Source: Bacteroidota bacterium
GTDB lineage: Bacteria; Bacteroidota; Bacteroidia; Chitinophagales; Saprospiraceae
Assembly (NCBI GenBank): GCA_039821145.1
Contig: JBCBOS010000031.1
Location: 74,103 to 98,102 of the forward strand
DNA: 24,000 bases
Direction: 5' to 3'
The position numbers were made by a program, and so were the translations under genes. The notes under the pieces were generated by a model. It had not been told where the DNA came from and did no database searches. It saw only the letters and a list, made by a program, of their open reading frames with translations. This document shows, piece after piece, positions 1 to 8,965 of this stretch. How positions within the stretch are numbered: the stretch's first letter is position 1; each line of letters opens with the position of its first letter.

Positions 1-1
1 T

Positions 2-805
2 CTCGGTTGTGAAAACATTCAGGACATCACCATCGACGACTACAGCATCGACTTGGAGACCTTGCCACAGGATGTGAGTTGCTTTGGATTCAGTGACGGA
101 CTGGTGGACTTCCCCAATGCCGACCCCAATTGGCTGTTCAGCCTGGACGGAACCAACTTCGGCCCACCGGGTAGCCTGGGAGGCTTATCGGCTGGCACCT
201 ATCAGGTATTCATCCAAGACGAAAACAACTGCTTGTACCAAGAACGCTTTGTCATTGACCAGCCTGCTCTGCTGATTGTCAGTTTGCCCAAAGATACCTT
301 GATCACACTCGGCAATGATTTGATTTTGTACACCAATACCAATGGCCAGGGCAACTTGACCTATGAGTGGACACCAGAGACAGACCTGGATTGCTCCGAC
401 TGTCCCGATCCGTTGGCGGCGCCACTGCAAACGACCCTGTACAAGCTCACCATCATCGACGAAAACGATTGCATTGCCGAGGACGAGATCAATGTCGTGG
501 TTCGCAACGATTTCAAAGTATACATTCCCAATGCCTTCAGCCCGGATGGCAACAACGTCAATGATGTCTTTATGATTTTCAGTGATGAGTCGGTGGCCAA
601 GGTCCACGAGCTGCGGATTTACTCTCGCTGGGGCAGTCAGCTCTTCGAAGTTCAGGACTTCCTGCCCAATGATCCACAATATGGCTGGGATGGTTCTTAC
701 AAGGGTCAGACGATGAATCCCGGCGTGTATGTCTACTACGCCTTGATAGAATTCAAGGATGGCAACACCAAGCAGTTCAAAGGAAGTGTCACCCTGGTGA
801 AGTAA
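2..805 (+). CDS. 3' part of a secreted/cell-surface protein with a gliding-motility-associated (CHU_C, T9SS type B) C-terminal domain; 5' end outside window
   Basis: Open frame continues to the left edge (LGCENIQDITIDDYSIDLETLPQDVSCFG...). C-terminus VYIPNAFSPDGNNVNDVFMIF...LRIYSRWGSQLFE...WDGSYKGQTMNPGVYVYYALIEFKDG...FKGSVTLVK is the classic CHU_C pattern. Confidence 0.92.
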   Translation, partial: LGCENIQDITIDDYSIDLETLPQDVSCFGFSDGLVDFPNADPNWLFSLDGTNFGPPGSLGGLSAGTYQVFIQDENNCLYQERFVIDQPALLIVSLPKDTLITLGNDLILYTNTNGQGNLTYEWTPETDLDCSDCPDPLAAPLQTTLYKLTIIDENDCIAEDEINVVVRNDFKVYIPNAFSPDGNNVNDVFMIFSDESVAKVHELRIYSRWGSQLFEVQDFLPNDPQYGWDGSYKGQTMNPGVYVYYALIEFKDGNTKQFKGSVTLVK

Positions 806-825
806 GAGTTTGAGATCGCCAACAT

Positions 826-865
826 AAAAAGGCCGAAATCAGTTGTTGATTTCGGCCTTTTTTGA
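826..865 (+). terminator. Rho-independent-type terminator after the surface protein gene, possibly bidirectional
   Basis: AAAAAGGCCGAAATC agttgtt GATTTCGGCCTTTTT: 15-bp perfect stem (826-840/848-862), 7-nt loop, ending in a T run. Confidence 0.88.
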
Positions 866-885
866 TGGCTTGTTTTTGCGTTGAT

Positions 886-1413
886 TTACAAACTTCGTTC
901 TCTTGTATTGCGATCTTTTTCGAGGCTGTCTGTCGCACCAGACTGGCTTTGGTTTTTCACATCGGGCCGGACTTCAGAGCGATTGCCAGTGCGGGTGTGG
1001 TTGAGCTTTTCAGAGACAGCGTGTTGCAAGCGAAACCGCTGGGATGCTCTTCCCTCCCGAATGGGATCATCCAGTTGTTGGTGATGCCGTTGTGAAATCT
1101 GCACAATGCGATACATCTGCTGATTTTCATCTACATCCTGAGAAAGATATTCCCACGACTGTGGCACCTGTTCTGCAACGGCCAAATCGGTCTTTTGGGT
1201 ACTTGGCAACCAAAGCCCAATGGCTGTCAGCAAGACAAAAAGAGCGGCGATGGCTGCCGCCAGGCGATACATCCGCACAACGGGGCGTTGGCTTCGATTT
1301 CGGCGGGCATCCAAGCGACTTTCCAGGCGCTTCCAACTGTTTGCCGGAGGTGCCTCGTGCAGTTTGTGTTCGTTTTCGCGAAACAGGTCTGATAAATCAT
1401 CCCAGGATTTCAT
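886..1413 (-). CDS. putative anti-sigma-factor-like membrane protein
   Basis: 175 aa; N-terminus MKSWDDLSDLFRENEHKLHEAPPANSWKRLESRLDARR followed by one TM segment (LAAAIAALFVLLTAIGLWL); same strand and downstream of a sigma factor. Function inferred from layout and context. Confidence 0.6.
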   Translation of the reverse strand: MKSWDDLSDLFRENEHKLHEAPPANSWKRLESRLDARRNRSQRPVVRMYRLAAAIAALFVLLTAIGLWLPSTQKTDLAVAEQVPQSWEYLSQDVDENQQMYRIVQISQRHHQQLDDPIREGRASQRFRLQHAVSEKLNHTRTGNRSEVRPDVKNQSQSGATDSLEKDRNTRERSL

Positions 1414-1467
1414 AGGTAAATCAGTTTATTGTCATGCAAATGAAATGGGCGAATCGATGCAATGGCA

Positions 1468-1905
1468 TCAATTGACAACCAATTCTACGGGATCGCACTG
1501 TCGTTTTCCAGGCGCCCCAAATCCGGCCTTGTCGCAGGTAATCTTACTTTCCGGACCTCCGATGTAGCAGATCACTTCTCTGTTGTCGTTGAATACTTCT
1601 GTGATCTGTTCCAAGCTCGGGCAGGTGACACAGGTGTTGATCATGTAGAGGTTTCTTCCCTCAAATACACAACGCAAAGCCCGCGTCTTGTCCGGATCTT
1701 TTTTGAGTACATCCGCTACCCATTGTGGCACGGGGATGTTGGTCTCTTTGCTCAGCTCGATGCTGGTCGATACCTCTTGCCCCTGAATGAGTTCACTGGC
1801 TTTTTTGATGGTCGTACCACCAGTCGTACCATTGTTGGCATCATCTCCGCAGGCAGTCAACAGCAGCCCTAGTAAAAGCGGTATGAATAAAAAGGTTTTT
1901 CTCAT
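1468..1905 (-). CDS. hypothetical lipoprotein with several conserved-looking cysteines
   Basis: MRKTFLFIPLLLGLLLTAC gives a signal peptide plus lipobox (LLTAC); mature part carries TCVTC and isolated cysteines. Confidence 0.7.
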   Translation of the reverse strand: MRKTFLFIPLLLGLLLTACGDDANNGTTGGTTIKKASELIQGQEVSTSIELSKETNIPVPQWVADVLKKDPDKTRALRCVFEGRNLYMINTCVTCPSLEQITEVFNDNREVICYIGGPESKITCDKAGFGAPGKRQCDPVELVVN

Positions 1906-1953
1906 TGTATTCGGTAATTTTTATTTAAAAATCAGTTCTTTTGCTTTTGGTCA

Positions 1954-2499
1954 TCACTCGCTTCCGACCCGGCCTCCCTCATTTTTGATCACCATGGCTC
2001 TCAGGCGCTTTTTGGCCAGAATCAGCTGCGACTTTGAGGTGTTGATGCTGATGCCAAGCATGTCGGCAATTTCCCGATGCTTGTAGCCCTCGATGACGTA
2101 GAGGTTGAAAATGGTCCGATAGCCCGGAGGCAAGTCGTTCAACAAACGCAGGATGTCTTGGGCAGCCAACTCGTCCTCTATGCTGGCCCGGTACTGCATA
2201 TCCATGTTGGGATGCAATTCGTCGGTCCATTGAAAGGGCTGTCTTTTGCGCAAAAACATCAAGGCTTCGTTTACCATGATCCTTCTGATCCAGCCTTCGA
2301 AACTACCATTCCCTTGATACTGTTGGATGTGGGTCAGCACTTTGTAGAAGCCGTCGATGAGCACATCTTCCGCATCCTCGCGCTTGCGCAGGTACCGTCG
2401 ACAAAGACCAAACATCTTTGGAGAATAGCGGTCGTAGAGCAATTGCTGTGCTTTCCTAACTCCTTTTTGACAAGCTTCTATGAGTTCCTTTTCTGACAC
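1954..2499 (-). CDS. RNA polymerase sigma-70 family (ECF-type) sigma factor, GTG start
   Basis: 181 aa; region 2-like AQQLLYDRYSPKMFGLCRRYLRKREDAEDVLIDGFYKVL and region 4-like LNDLPPGYRTIFNLYVIEGYKHREIADMLGISINTSKSQLILAKKRLR. Confidence 0.92.
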   Translation of the reverse strand: MSEKELIEACQKGVRKAQQLLYDRYSPKMFGLCRRYLRKREDAEDVLIDGFYKVLTHIQQYQGNGSFEGWIRRIMVNEALMFLRKRQPFQWTDELHPNMDMQYRASIEDELAAQDILRLLNDLPPGYRTIFNLYVIEGYKHREIADMLGISINTSKSQLILAKKRLRAMVIKNEGGRVGSE

Positions 2500-2812
2500 T
2501 CAAGGTAGTTTTCGATGAATGAGACGGTGCAAACTCGCCGCTACAAACTGGCACCCAAATGCTTGATTGGACACAGGCAGGGGCCTCCTCAGTTTCCACC
2601 AGCTCAAGATATTATTTTTCCAATAATAACGCCAAAACACAAAAGTACTAATCTCAAAGATGCTTCGCGCAGGCGATTTGGTGTGTCAGATCGGCAATTT
2701 CCGGCCAATAGCTGGTGGAGGCCTACATTTTTCCTGGCTTCTTAATATATTTGGTGGTTTGAAAACGCCCGTTTGGGGCCTTATCTCCAATCAATTCAAC
2801 GCGCCGATTGCC

Positions 2813-4069
2813 ATGATTCTACAAAATGATCAATACCACTTTTCCGGAAATGTGCCCGTTGGGGACATCTGCGAGAAATACAACTGTCCTCTCTACGTAT
2901 ACGATACGGCCATCATGAAACAACAATACGAGCGGATCACAAAGGCCTTTCAGGTACCCTCTCTGAAAATCAACTACGCCTGCAAGGCGCTGACCAACAT
3001 CAATGTCTTGCAGTTTTTTCGCTCCATTGGGGCGGGCCTCGATACCGTCTCTGTTCAGGAAGTAGAGCAAGGCCTGATGGCGGGATTTGCGCCCGAGGAC
3101 ATTCTGTATACGCCCAATTGTGTCTCCATAGAGGAAATCAGTGAGGCTGTCGAGCATGGGGTGAAAATCAACATCGACAACATCTCCATTCTCGAACAAT
3201 TTGGCCAAAAGTATCCCGACGTACCCGTTTGCATCCGCATCAATCCACACATCATGGCGGGCGGGAGCTACAAAATTTCGACGGGTCACATCGACTCGAA
3301 GTTTGGCATCTCCATCCACCAAATGCCCTTGGTCCATCGGGTCGTGGAAGCCACCGGACTCACCGTAGAAGGCATCCACATGCACACGGGATCGGACATT
3401 TTGGATGCAGGGGTTTTCCTCCAAGGTTCTGAAATTCTCTTTGGGGTGGCCAGCGAATTCAAGGATTTGCAATACATCGACTTTGGAAGCGGATTCAAAG
3501 TGCCTTACAAGCCCAATGACATTTCCACAGACATAGAGGAGTTGGGAGAAAAATTGTCGGCCCGCTTCAATGAGTTCTGCAGCGAATACGGCCGTGAACT
3601 CACCCTGAAATTTGAACCCGGCAAGTTCCTCGTCAGCGAAGCTGGTTATTTCTTTGCCAAGGTCAACGTTATCAAGCAAACTACCTCCACCGTTTTTGCA
3701 GGCCTGGATTCGGGACTCAACCACCTGATTCGCCCCATGTTTTACGACGCTCACCACCGGATCGAAAATGTCAGCAAACCCACTGGAAAGATGCGCATCT
3801 ACACCGTGGTGGGCTACATCTGCGAAACCGATACCTTTGGGGTCAATCGGCGCATACAAGAAATCAACGAAGGAGACATCCTCGTCTTCCGCAATGCCGG
3901 AGCCTACTGCTTTACGATGGCGTCCAACTACAACTCGCGCTACCGGCCGGCAGAAGTGCTCATCCACGAAGGCAAGGATTACCTGATCCGGAAAAGGGAA
4001 ACCATGGAGGACATCTACAGAAATCAAATCGACTGCCAGGTCTTCCACCAAGCCAAAGTCAATGCCTAA
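2813..4069 (+). CDS. lysA: diaminopimelate decarboxylase
   Basis: PLP-dependent group IV decarboxylase pattern: LYVYDTAIM, KINYACKALTN, GIHMHTGSDI, FGSGFKVPY, LKFEPGKFLVSEAGYF, GAYCFTMASNYNSRYRPAEVL. ATG at 2813 preferred over the upstream ATG at 2660. Confidence 0.92.
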   Translation: MILQNDQYHFSGNVPVGDICEKYNCPLYVYDTAIMKQQYERITKAFQVPSLKINYACKALTNINVLQFFRSIGAGLDTVSVQEVEQGLMAGFAPEDILYTPNCVSIEEISEAVEHGVKINIDNISILEQFGQKYPDVPVCIRINPHIMAGGSYKISTGHIDSKFGISIHQMPLVHRVVEATGLTVEGIHMHTGSDILDAGVFLQGSEILFGVASEFKDLQYIDFGSGFKVPYKPNDISTDIEELGEKLSARFNEFCSEYGRELTLKFEPGKFLVSEAGYFFAKVNVIKQTTSTVFAGLDSGLNHLIRPMFYDAHHRIENVSKPTGKMRIYTVVGYICETDTFGVNRRIQEINEGDILVFRNAGAYCFTMASNYNSRYRPAEVLIHEGKDYLIRKRETMEDIYRNQIDCQVFHQAKVNA

Positions 4070-4107
4070 GAAGGCATCCAGAGCCCCTCTCTCAACGGAC
4101 AACAAGC

Positions 4108-4146
4108 CAGGCGATAAGTACCGCAAAAAGTGGAACTTATCGCCTG
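4108..4146. other. long perfect inverted repeat / hairpin between lysA and valS
   Basis: CAGGCGATAAGT (4108-4119) and ACTTATCGCCTG (4135-4146), 12 bp perfect, with no obvious T-tract on either side. Confidence 0.8.
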
Positions 4147-4281
4147 AATTCTCTGTATAATAAACAATCTTGCCGACTGCAGGCCAAAAAGGAACAAGTC
4201 CCAACGGCTAGAAGCCAAAAAGGCCGTACATTCGCAGCCGGTAAACACAACATCCTATCATTCACAAAATCATTTGTCTCC

Positions 4282-7023
4282 ATGGCCCAACCCAGCACCA
4301 CACAGTCCACTCGCTACAACCCGGCGGATGTTGAGCACAAGTGGTACCAGCACTGGCTGGATCAGCGATATTTTGAATCGAAACCCGATCATCGAGAAGC
4401 TTTTTCCATCGTCATCCCCCCTCCCAATGTCACCGGTGTCCTCCACATGGGACACATGTTGAACAACACCATTCAGGACATCCTGATTCGCCAGGCGCGA
4501 CTGGAAGGCAAAAATGCCTGCTGGGTACCCGGGACCGATCACGCTTCCATCGCTACAGAAGCCAAGGTGGTAAAAATGCTACGCGAAAGAGGAATCAAAA
4601 AGTCGGACATCGGACGAGAAGAGTTTCTCAAATACGCCTGGGAATGGAAGGAAAAATATGGTGGCATCATCCTGAAACAGCTTCAAAAGCTCGGTGCCTC
4701 CTGCGACTGGAGCCGGACCCGCTTCACCATGGAGGAGTCCCTGACCAAGGCCGTTTTCCGAATCTTTGTTGATCTGTACAAAAAAGGCAAGATCTACAGA
4801 GGAAAGCGCATGACCAACTGGGACCCCGAAGCACTGACCGTACTGTCCAACGAAGAGGTCATCTACAAAGAAGAAAATTCCCGCCTCTTTCACGTTCGCT
4901 ACCAAATCGAAGGGACTGACGAGTGGATCATCATCGCCACCACCCGACCCGAAACCATCATGGGGGATACGGCCGTCGCTGTCAATCCCAAAGACGAACG
5001 CTATGCCCACCTGCAGGGCAAAAGGGCCATCGTACCACTGGTGAATCGATCGGTTCCCATCATCTTCGACAATTATGTAGACATGGAGTTTGGAACGGGG
5101 GCATTGAAAGTTACCCCCGCCCACGACATGAACGATTACGAGATCGGAGAGCGCCACTCTCTGGAGATCATCGACATCTTCAACGACAATGGAACCATGA
5201 GTGAGGCGGCACAACTCTACATCGGAGAGGATCGTTTCAAGGTGCGCAAGCTCGTTGCCAAGGATTTGGAAGCAGCCGGGCAGATCGTCAAAATCGAAGA
5301 CTATCGCAATACCGTAGGTCGGTCCGAGCGGACGGACGCCATCATCGAACCACGCCTGTCCTTGCAATGGTACCTGGACATGAAAGAATTTGCCAAAACT
5401 GCCTTGGATGCGGTCGACAAAAAAGAGGTTCAGTTCTTTCCAGAGCACTTCTGGAACATGTACTACAACTGGCTCAATGAAGACAACATCCGGGATTGGT
5501 GCATCTCCCGCCAACTGTGGTGGGGACAGCGCATTCCGGCCTGGTACTACGGCGAGCATACCTTTGTTGCCGAAACCGCTGCGGAAGCCCTCGAATTGGC
5601 CAGACGGCAAACGGGCAATGCCGAGCTGCAACTGGAAGACCTGAGGCAAGACGAAGATGTATTGGACACCTGGTTTTCCAGCTGGCTGTGGCCCATCACC
5701 GTATTTGACGGCTTTGAGAGCCCGGAAGAACTGCGCTACTACTACCCCACCAATGTACTCGTTACTGGTTGGGACATCATCTTTTTCTGGGTGGCGCGTA
5801 TGGTCATGGCGGGCTACGAATGGAGTGGTGACTTGCTGGGAGAAGCTGTTGCCCAAAAGAAAGGCATCATGCCCTTCAAGGATGTCTTTTTCACTGGCAT
5901 GGTTCGCGACGAGCAGCGACGCAAGATGAGCAAATCGCTTGGAAACTCTCCTGATGCCATGGCGCTGATGGACAAATATGGCGCTGATGGTGTCCGCTTC
6001 GGGATGCTGTCCAGCGCAGCGGCTGGCAATGACATCGTGTTTGATGCCCCCTTTGATCCCAAGTCAAAAAAAGTCTTGAGCGAAAGCAAGCGGTGTGAGC
6101 AAGGACTCAACTTCTGCAACAAAATGTGGAATGCCCTGCGCCTGCTCAACGGACTGCCCCAACAGGAGGAGGCCTTAAACGAAGAGTCAGCAGCCATCAA
6201 TGCACTGGCCACAACATGGTTTTCCAACAAGCTGCGGCAGACCAATCGCAAGCTCAAGGATCAGTTCAAGAGCTATCGCTTGTCCGAAGCCATCATGAAC
6301 TTGTACACCTTTATCTGGGGAGACTTTTGCTCTTGGTATCTCGAAATGATCAAGCCACCGTATGAGCAGGCCATCGATCGTCCGACCTATGAACGGAGCC
6401 TGGAATTCTTTGAAACGCAAATGAGCCTGTTGCACCCCTTCATGCCATTTGTTACAGAGGAAATTTGGCACCTATTACGGGACAGAAAGAGCGGCGAGGA
6501 TTGCATCATCAGCCAGTTGCCTGCAGAAGAAGAGTTTGACGCAGCCCTGATCACCAAGGTGGACACGGCCATCGAGATTGTTTCCAAGGTTCGGGATGCC
6601 CGCAACAAGAATGGCATCAAGCAAAAAGAGCCGTTGGAGTTGTTCATCCGCAAAACGCCACAGACCAGCGAACTGTTTGAATTGGAGGGCTTGCAGGAAA
6701 TGATCTGCAAAATGGCCTATTTGTCCAAGCTGACCTTTGCCGAGGAAGATGTTCCCAATAGCATCTCCTTCCTGGCCGGGCCCGGCAAATACTTTTTGGT
6801 GCTGAACAAGACCATCGACGTAGCGGCAGAGATCAGCCGATTGGAGGGGTATTTGAAAAAGGCAGAGGGATTCATGAAGGGGGTCAATGCCAAGTTGAAC
6901 AACCAGCGATTTGTCGACGGGGCACCAGCGGCCGTCGTTGAAAAAGAGCGCAAAAAGCAGGCAGATGGCATGGCCCGCATCAAGGCGCTGACCGAAGAAC
7001 TCGAAAAGCTGAAGGGCGGGTAG
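4282..7023 (+). CDS. valS: valyl-tRNA synthetase
   Basis: 913 aa; PPPNVTGVLHMGHMLNNTIQDILIR, CWVPGTDHASIATE, DVLDTWFSSWLWP, KMSKSLGNSPD. Confidence 0.97.
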   Translation: MAQPSTTQSTRYNPADVEHKWYQHWLDQRYFESKPDHREAFSIVIPPPNVTGVLHMGHMLNNTIQDILIRQARLEGKNACWVPGTDHASIATEAKVVKMLRERGIKKSDIGREEFLKYAWEWKEKYGGIILKQLQKLGASCDWSRTRFTMEESLTKAVFRIFVDLYKKGKIYRGKRMTNWDPEALTVLSNEEVIYKEENSRLFHVRYQIEGTDEWIIIATTRPETIMGDTAVAVNPKDERYAHLQGKRAIVPLVNRSVPIIFDNYVDMEFGTGALKVTPAHDMNDYEIGERHSLEIIDIFNDNGTMSEAAQLYIGEDRFKVRKLVAKDLEAAGQIVKIEDYRNTVGRSERTDAIIEPRLSLQWYLDMKEFAKTALDAVDKKEVQFFPEHFWNMYYNWLNEDNIRDWCISRQLWWGQRIPAWYYGEHTFVAETAAEALELARRQTGNAELQLEDLRQDEDVLDTWFSSWLWPITVFDGFESPEELRYYYPTNVLVTGWDIIFFWVARMVMAGYEWSGDLLGEAVAQKKGIMPFKDVFFTGMVRDEQRRKMSKSLGNSPDAMALMDKYGADGVRFGMLSSAAAGNDIVFDAPFDPKSKKVLSESKRCEQGLNFCNKMWNALRLLNGLPQQEEALNEESAAINALATTWFSNKLRQTNRKLKDQFKSYRLSEAIMNLYTFIWGDFCSWYLEMIKPPYEQAIDRPTYERSLEFFETQMSLLHPFMPFVTEEIWHLLRDRKSGEDCIISQLPAEEEFDAALITKVDTAIEIVSKVRDARNKNGIKQKEPLELFIRKTPQTSELFELEGLQEMICKMAYLSKLTFAEEDVPNSISFLAGPGKYFLVLNKTIDVAAEISRLEGYLKKAEGFMKGVNAKLNNQRFVDGAPAAVVEKERKKQADGMARIKALTEELEKLKGG

Positions 7024-7054
7024 ATCCGTCGCTCAACAGTCATAGAATGGGAAC

Positions 7055-7098
7055 AAACGGTCCAAATCATTGTAGATTTGGGCCGTTTGTCGTATTTT
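7055..7098 (+). terminator. terminator-like hairpin downstream of valS
   Basis: AAACGGTCCAAATC attgta GATTTGGGCCGTTT: 14-bp stem with one G:T pair (7055-7068/7075-7088), followed by the weak T tract gtcgtatttt. Confidence 0.65.
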
Positions 7099-7406
7099 AA
7101 AGGACAGAAATTGAAAACAAGTGGTAGATCACCTTGTCCAAACATTCTACCAAAAGACTGACAATCCACACTGCAATATCTGGCCGATCCCTAAACAATC
7201 AGCTCGATTTGTTGTAGTACATAGGAATTGAAAAACTGACTTTAGGCATTAAATTGTATTGAAAAGCACTTATTGATCACTTACATTTAAAGAGTTTCCG
7301 TCTAAAACCTAGGCTGTGAGAAGGCCCCAAAGCAACTTTTGGCATCGTGCCCAAAACGTTTTTGGATGTCCTGACAAATTCTGCAGCCAGATCAAAATCA
7401 AACATC

Positions 7407-7628
7407 ATGGCTAAAAAAGTACAACTTGCTGATCTGAAAGTAAAAAGTTTTGTCGTCCAGTTGAATGAAACAGAACAAAAGACCGCAAAGGGTGGATTGT
7501 TTGATTGGGGCAGAGATGACATGGGCCGTTCTCCTTTCCGCAGAAATGGTCGTGTTGGTTCCTTCACAGAACACAAATCTCAGCGCCAAATGGCAGGCTT
7601 TTCCATATCGTCTCGCCGCTCCCGCTGA
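7407..7628 (+). CDS. small peptide with a Bacteroidota class I lanthipeptide/pinensin-like leader (putative RiPP precursor)
   Basis: 73 aa: MAKKVQLADLKVKSFVVQLNETEQKTAKGG | LFDWGRDDMGRSPFRRNGRVGSFTEHKSQRQMAGFSISSRRSR. The L-x-D-L-K-V-K-S-F-V...T-x-K-G-G layout matches this leader type by recall; no modification genes adjacent. Confidence 0.55.
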   Translation: MAKKVQLADLKVKSFVVQLNETEQKTAKGGLFDWGRDDMGRSPFRRNGRVGSFTEHKSQRQMAGFSISSRRSR

Positions 7629-7726
7629 TCAGCTTCTGTCTGAATCCCCAACAGTTCACACCAAGGCTGTTCAAGCAAACAGCACGATCTTGGCCCAGGT
7701 TTCCAACATTGCCTGAGCCAAGATTC

Positions 7727-8962
7727 TCATTTCTTTGAAAGTAGTGAAAGCAAGTCTTCGTAAATGATCTGGCTGGCTCCAGCCTGCTCCTGCATCAAGC
7801 CCAAGGCACGCAAGCCCGCTTCCTGCCGCTTTTCCACATCCTGTAGCTCTTGAAAAACTCGGCCCAAAGAAGCCGCATCTGTCACGCAAAACCCTGCCCC
7901 TCGCTCCAACAACAAAGTCGCTTCCCGAAATTTGTGATGTCGCGGACCGAAAATTACCGCCAAGCCATGCGCCGCAGGCTCCAGCAAATTGTGAATGCCC
8001 TGGCCAAAGCCCCCTCCAACATAGGCCATACTCCCATAGCGATACAGTCCCGCAAGCATGCCGATGTTGTCGATGATCAACACAGATGCATCACTCTCCA
8101 CCCCCACCTGAAGCTTGCTGTAACGGATGGATGGCAGACGAACTTGTTGTTCCAATCGCTGCAACTGCCCTTCGCTGATTTCATGGGGTGCAAAGATGAA
8201 TTTCCAATCGGGATGAGTGGAGATCAATGGTTCCAGCAAGTGTTCGTCTGGTGGCCAAGAACTGCCAATCACCAAGGTGGGATGTCTCTTGACAAAGCCT
8301 TCCACAAGGGGGAGCCGAGGAGCCTCTCTGGCAATCTCCAATACTCGATCCACTCTGCTGTCTCCAACGACCTTGGCATGTTCGATGCCGTGCTGGCGCA
8401 AGAGCTTGCGCGAGGCCTCGTCTTGTACAAACAGCAGGCGGTAGGCCGCCAAATCAGGCAAAAATGATCGGCCATACCAGCGGAAAAAAAGTTGGTCGGG
8501 ACGAAAGACCGCCGACAGTAAGACGATGGGAATCCGTCGAGTCTGCAATTCGCGAAGGTGGCAAAACCAAAATTCGTTTTTGACCATCAGGGCGATCGTG
8601 GGCTGAATGCAATTGAGGAAGGCACGGGCGCGGCGGGGCGTATCCAGGGGAAGGTAGCAAACGACATCGACCTGCGAATGACTTTTCCGCAATTCATAGC
8701 CAGAAGGAGAAAAGAAGGAAAGGACGAGTTGCCAGTCGGGATGTTGTTGCCGCCATCTTTCCAAAAGAGGCCTCCCCTGCTCAAACTCTCCTACCGATGC
8801 ACAATGCATCCACAGGCGGGGCTTGGACGACACAATCTGGGGCCTGATGCGATCCAACTGTCCCTTTCGCCCTCGTACCCAGAGGCGAGCCTTGGCGTGG
8901 AAGGGCGATGCCAGCAACAACAAGGCGTGGTACAGCCAGATGCCAATTCGGTAGAGGAGCAT
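7727..8962 (-). CDS. waaA: 3-deoxy-D-manno-octulosonic acid (Kdo) transferase
   Basis: 411 aa; WMHCASVGEFEQGRPLLERW, LSFFSPSGYELRK, DVVCYLPLDTPRRARAFL, ALMVKNEFWF, VVGDSRVDRV, IIDNIGMLAGLYRYGSMAYVGGGFGQGIHNLLEPAAHGLAVIFGPRHHKF. Confidence 0.95.
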   Translation of the reverse strand: MLLYRIGIWLYHALLLLASPFHAKARLWVRGRKGQLDRIRPQIVSSKPRLWMHCASVGEFEQGRPLLERWRQQHPDWQLVLSFFSPSGYELRKSHSQVDVVCYLPLDTPRRARAFLNCIQPTIALMVKNEFWFCHLRELQTRRIPIVLLSAVFRPDQLFFRWYGRSFLPDLAAYRLLFVQDEASRKLLRQHGIEHAKVVGDSRVDRVLEIAREAPRLPLVEGFVKRHPTLVIGSSWPPDEHLLEPLISTHPDWKFIFAPHEISEGQLQRLEQQVRLPSIRYSKLQVGVESDASVLIIDNIGMLAGLYRYGSMAYVGGGFGQGIHNLLEPAAHGLAVIFGPRHHKFREATLLLERGAGFCVTDAASLGRVFQELQDVEKRQEAGLRALGLMQEQAGASQIIYEDLLSLLSKK

Positions 8963-8965
8963 GTA

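Noticed and set aside
2819-4204. 461-aa ORF on the minus strand
   Set aside because: Fully antisense to the confidently assigned lysA; composition is low-information reverse-complement of coding sequence. Judged a shadow ORF.
4579-5856. 425-aa minus-strand ORF
   Set aside because: Antisense to valS, no recognisable domain; shadow ORF.
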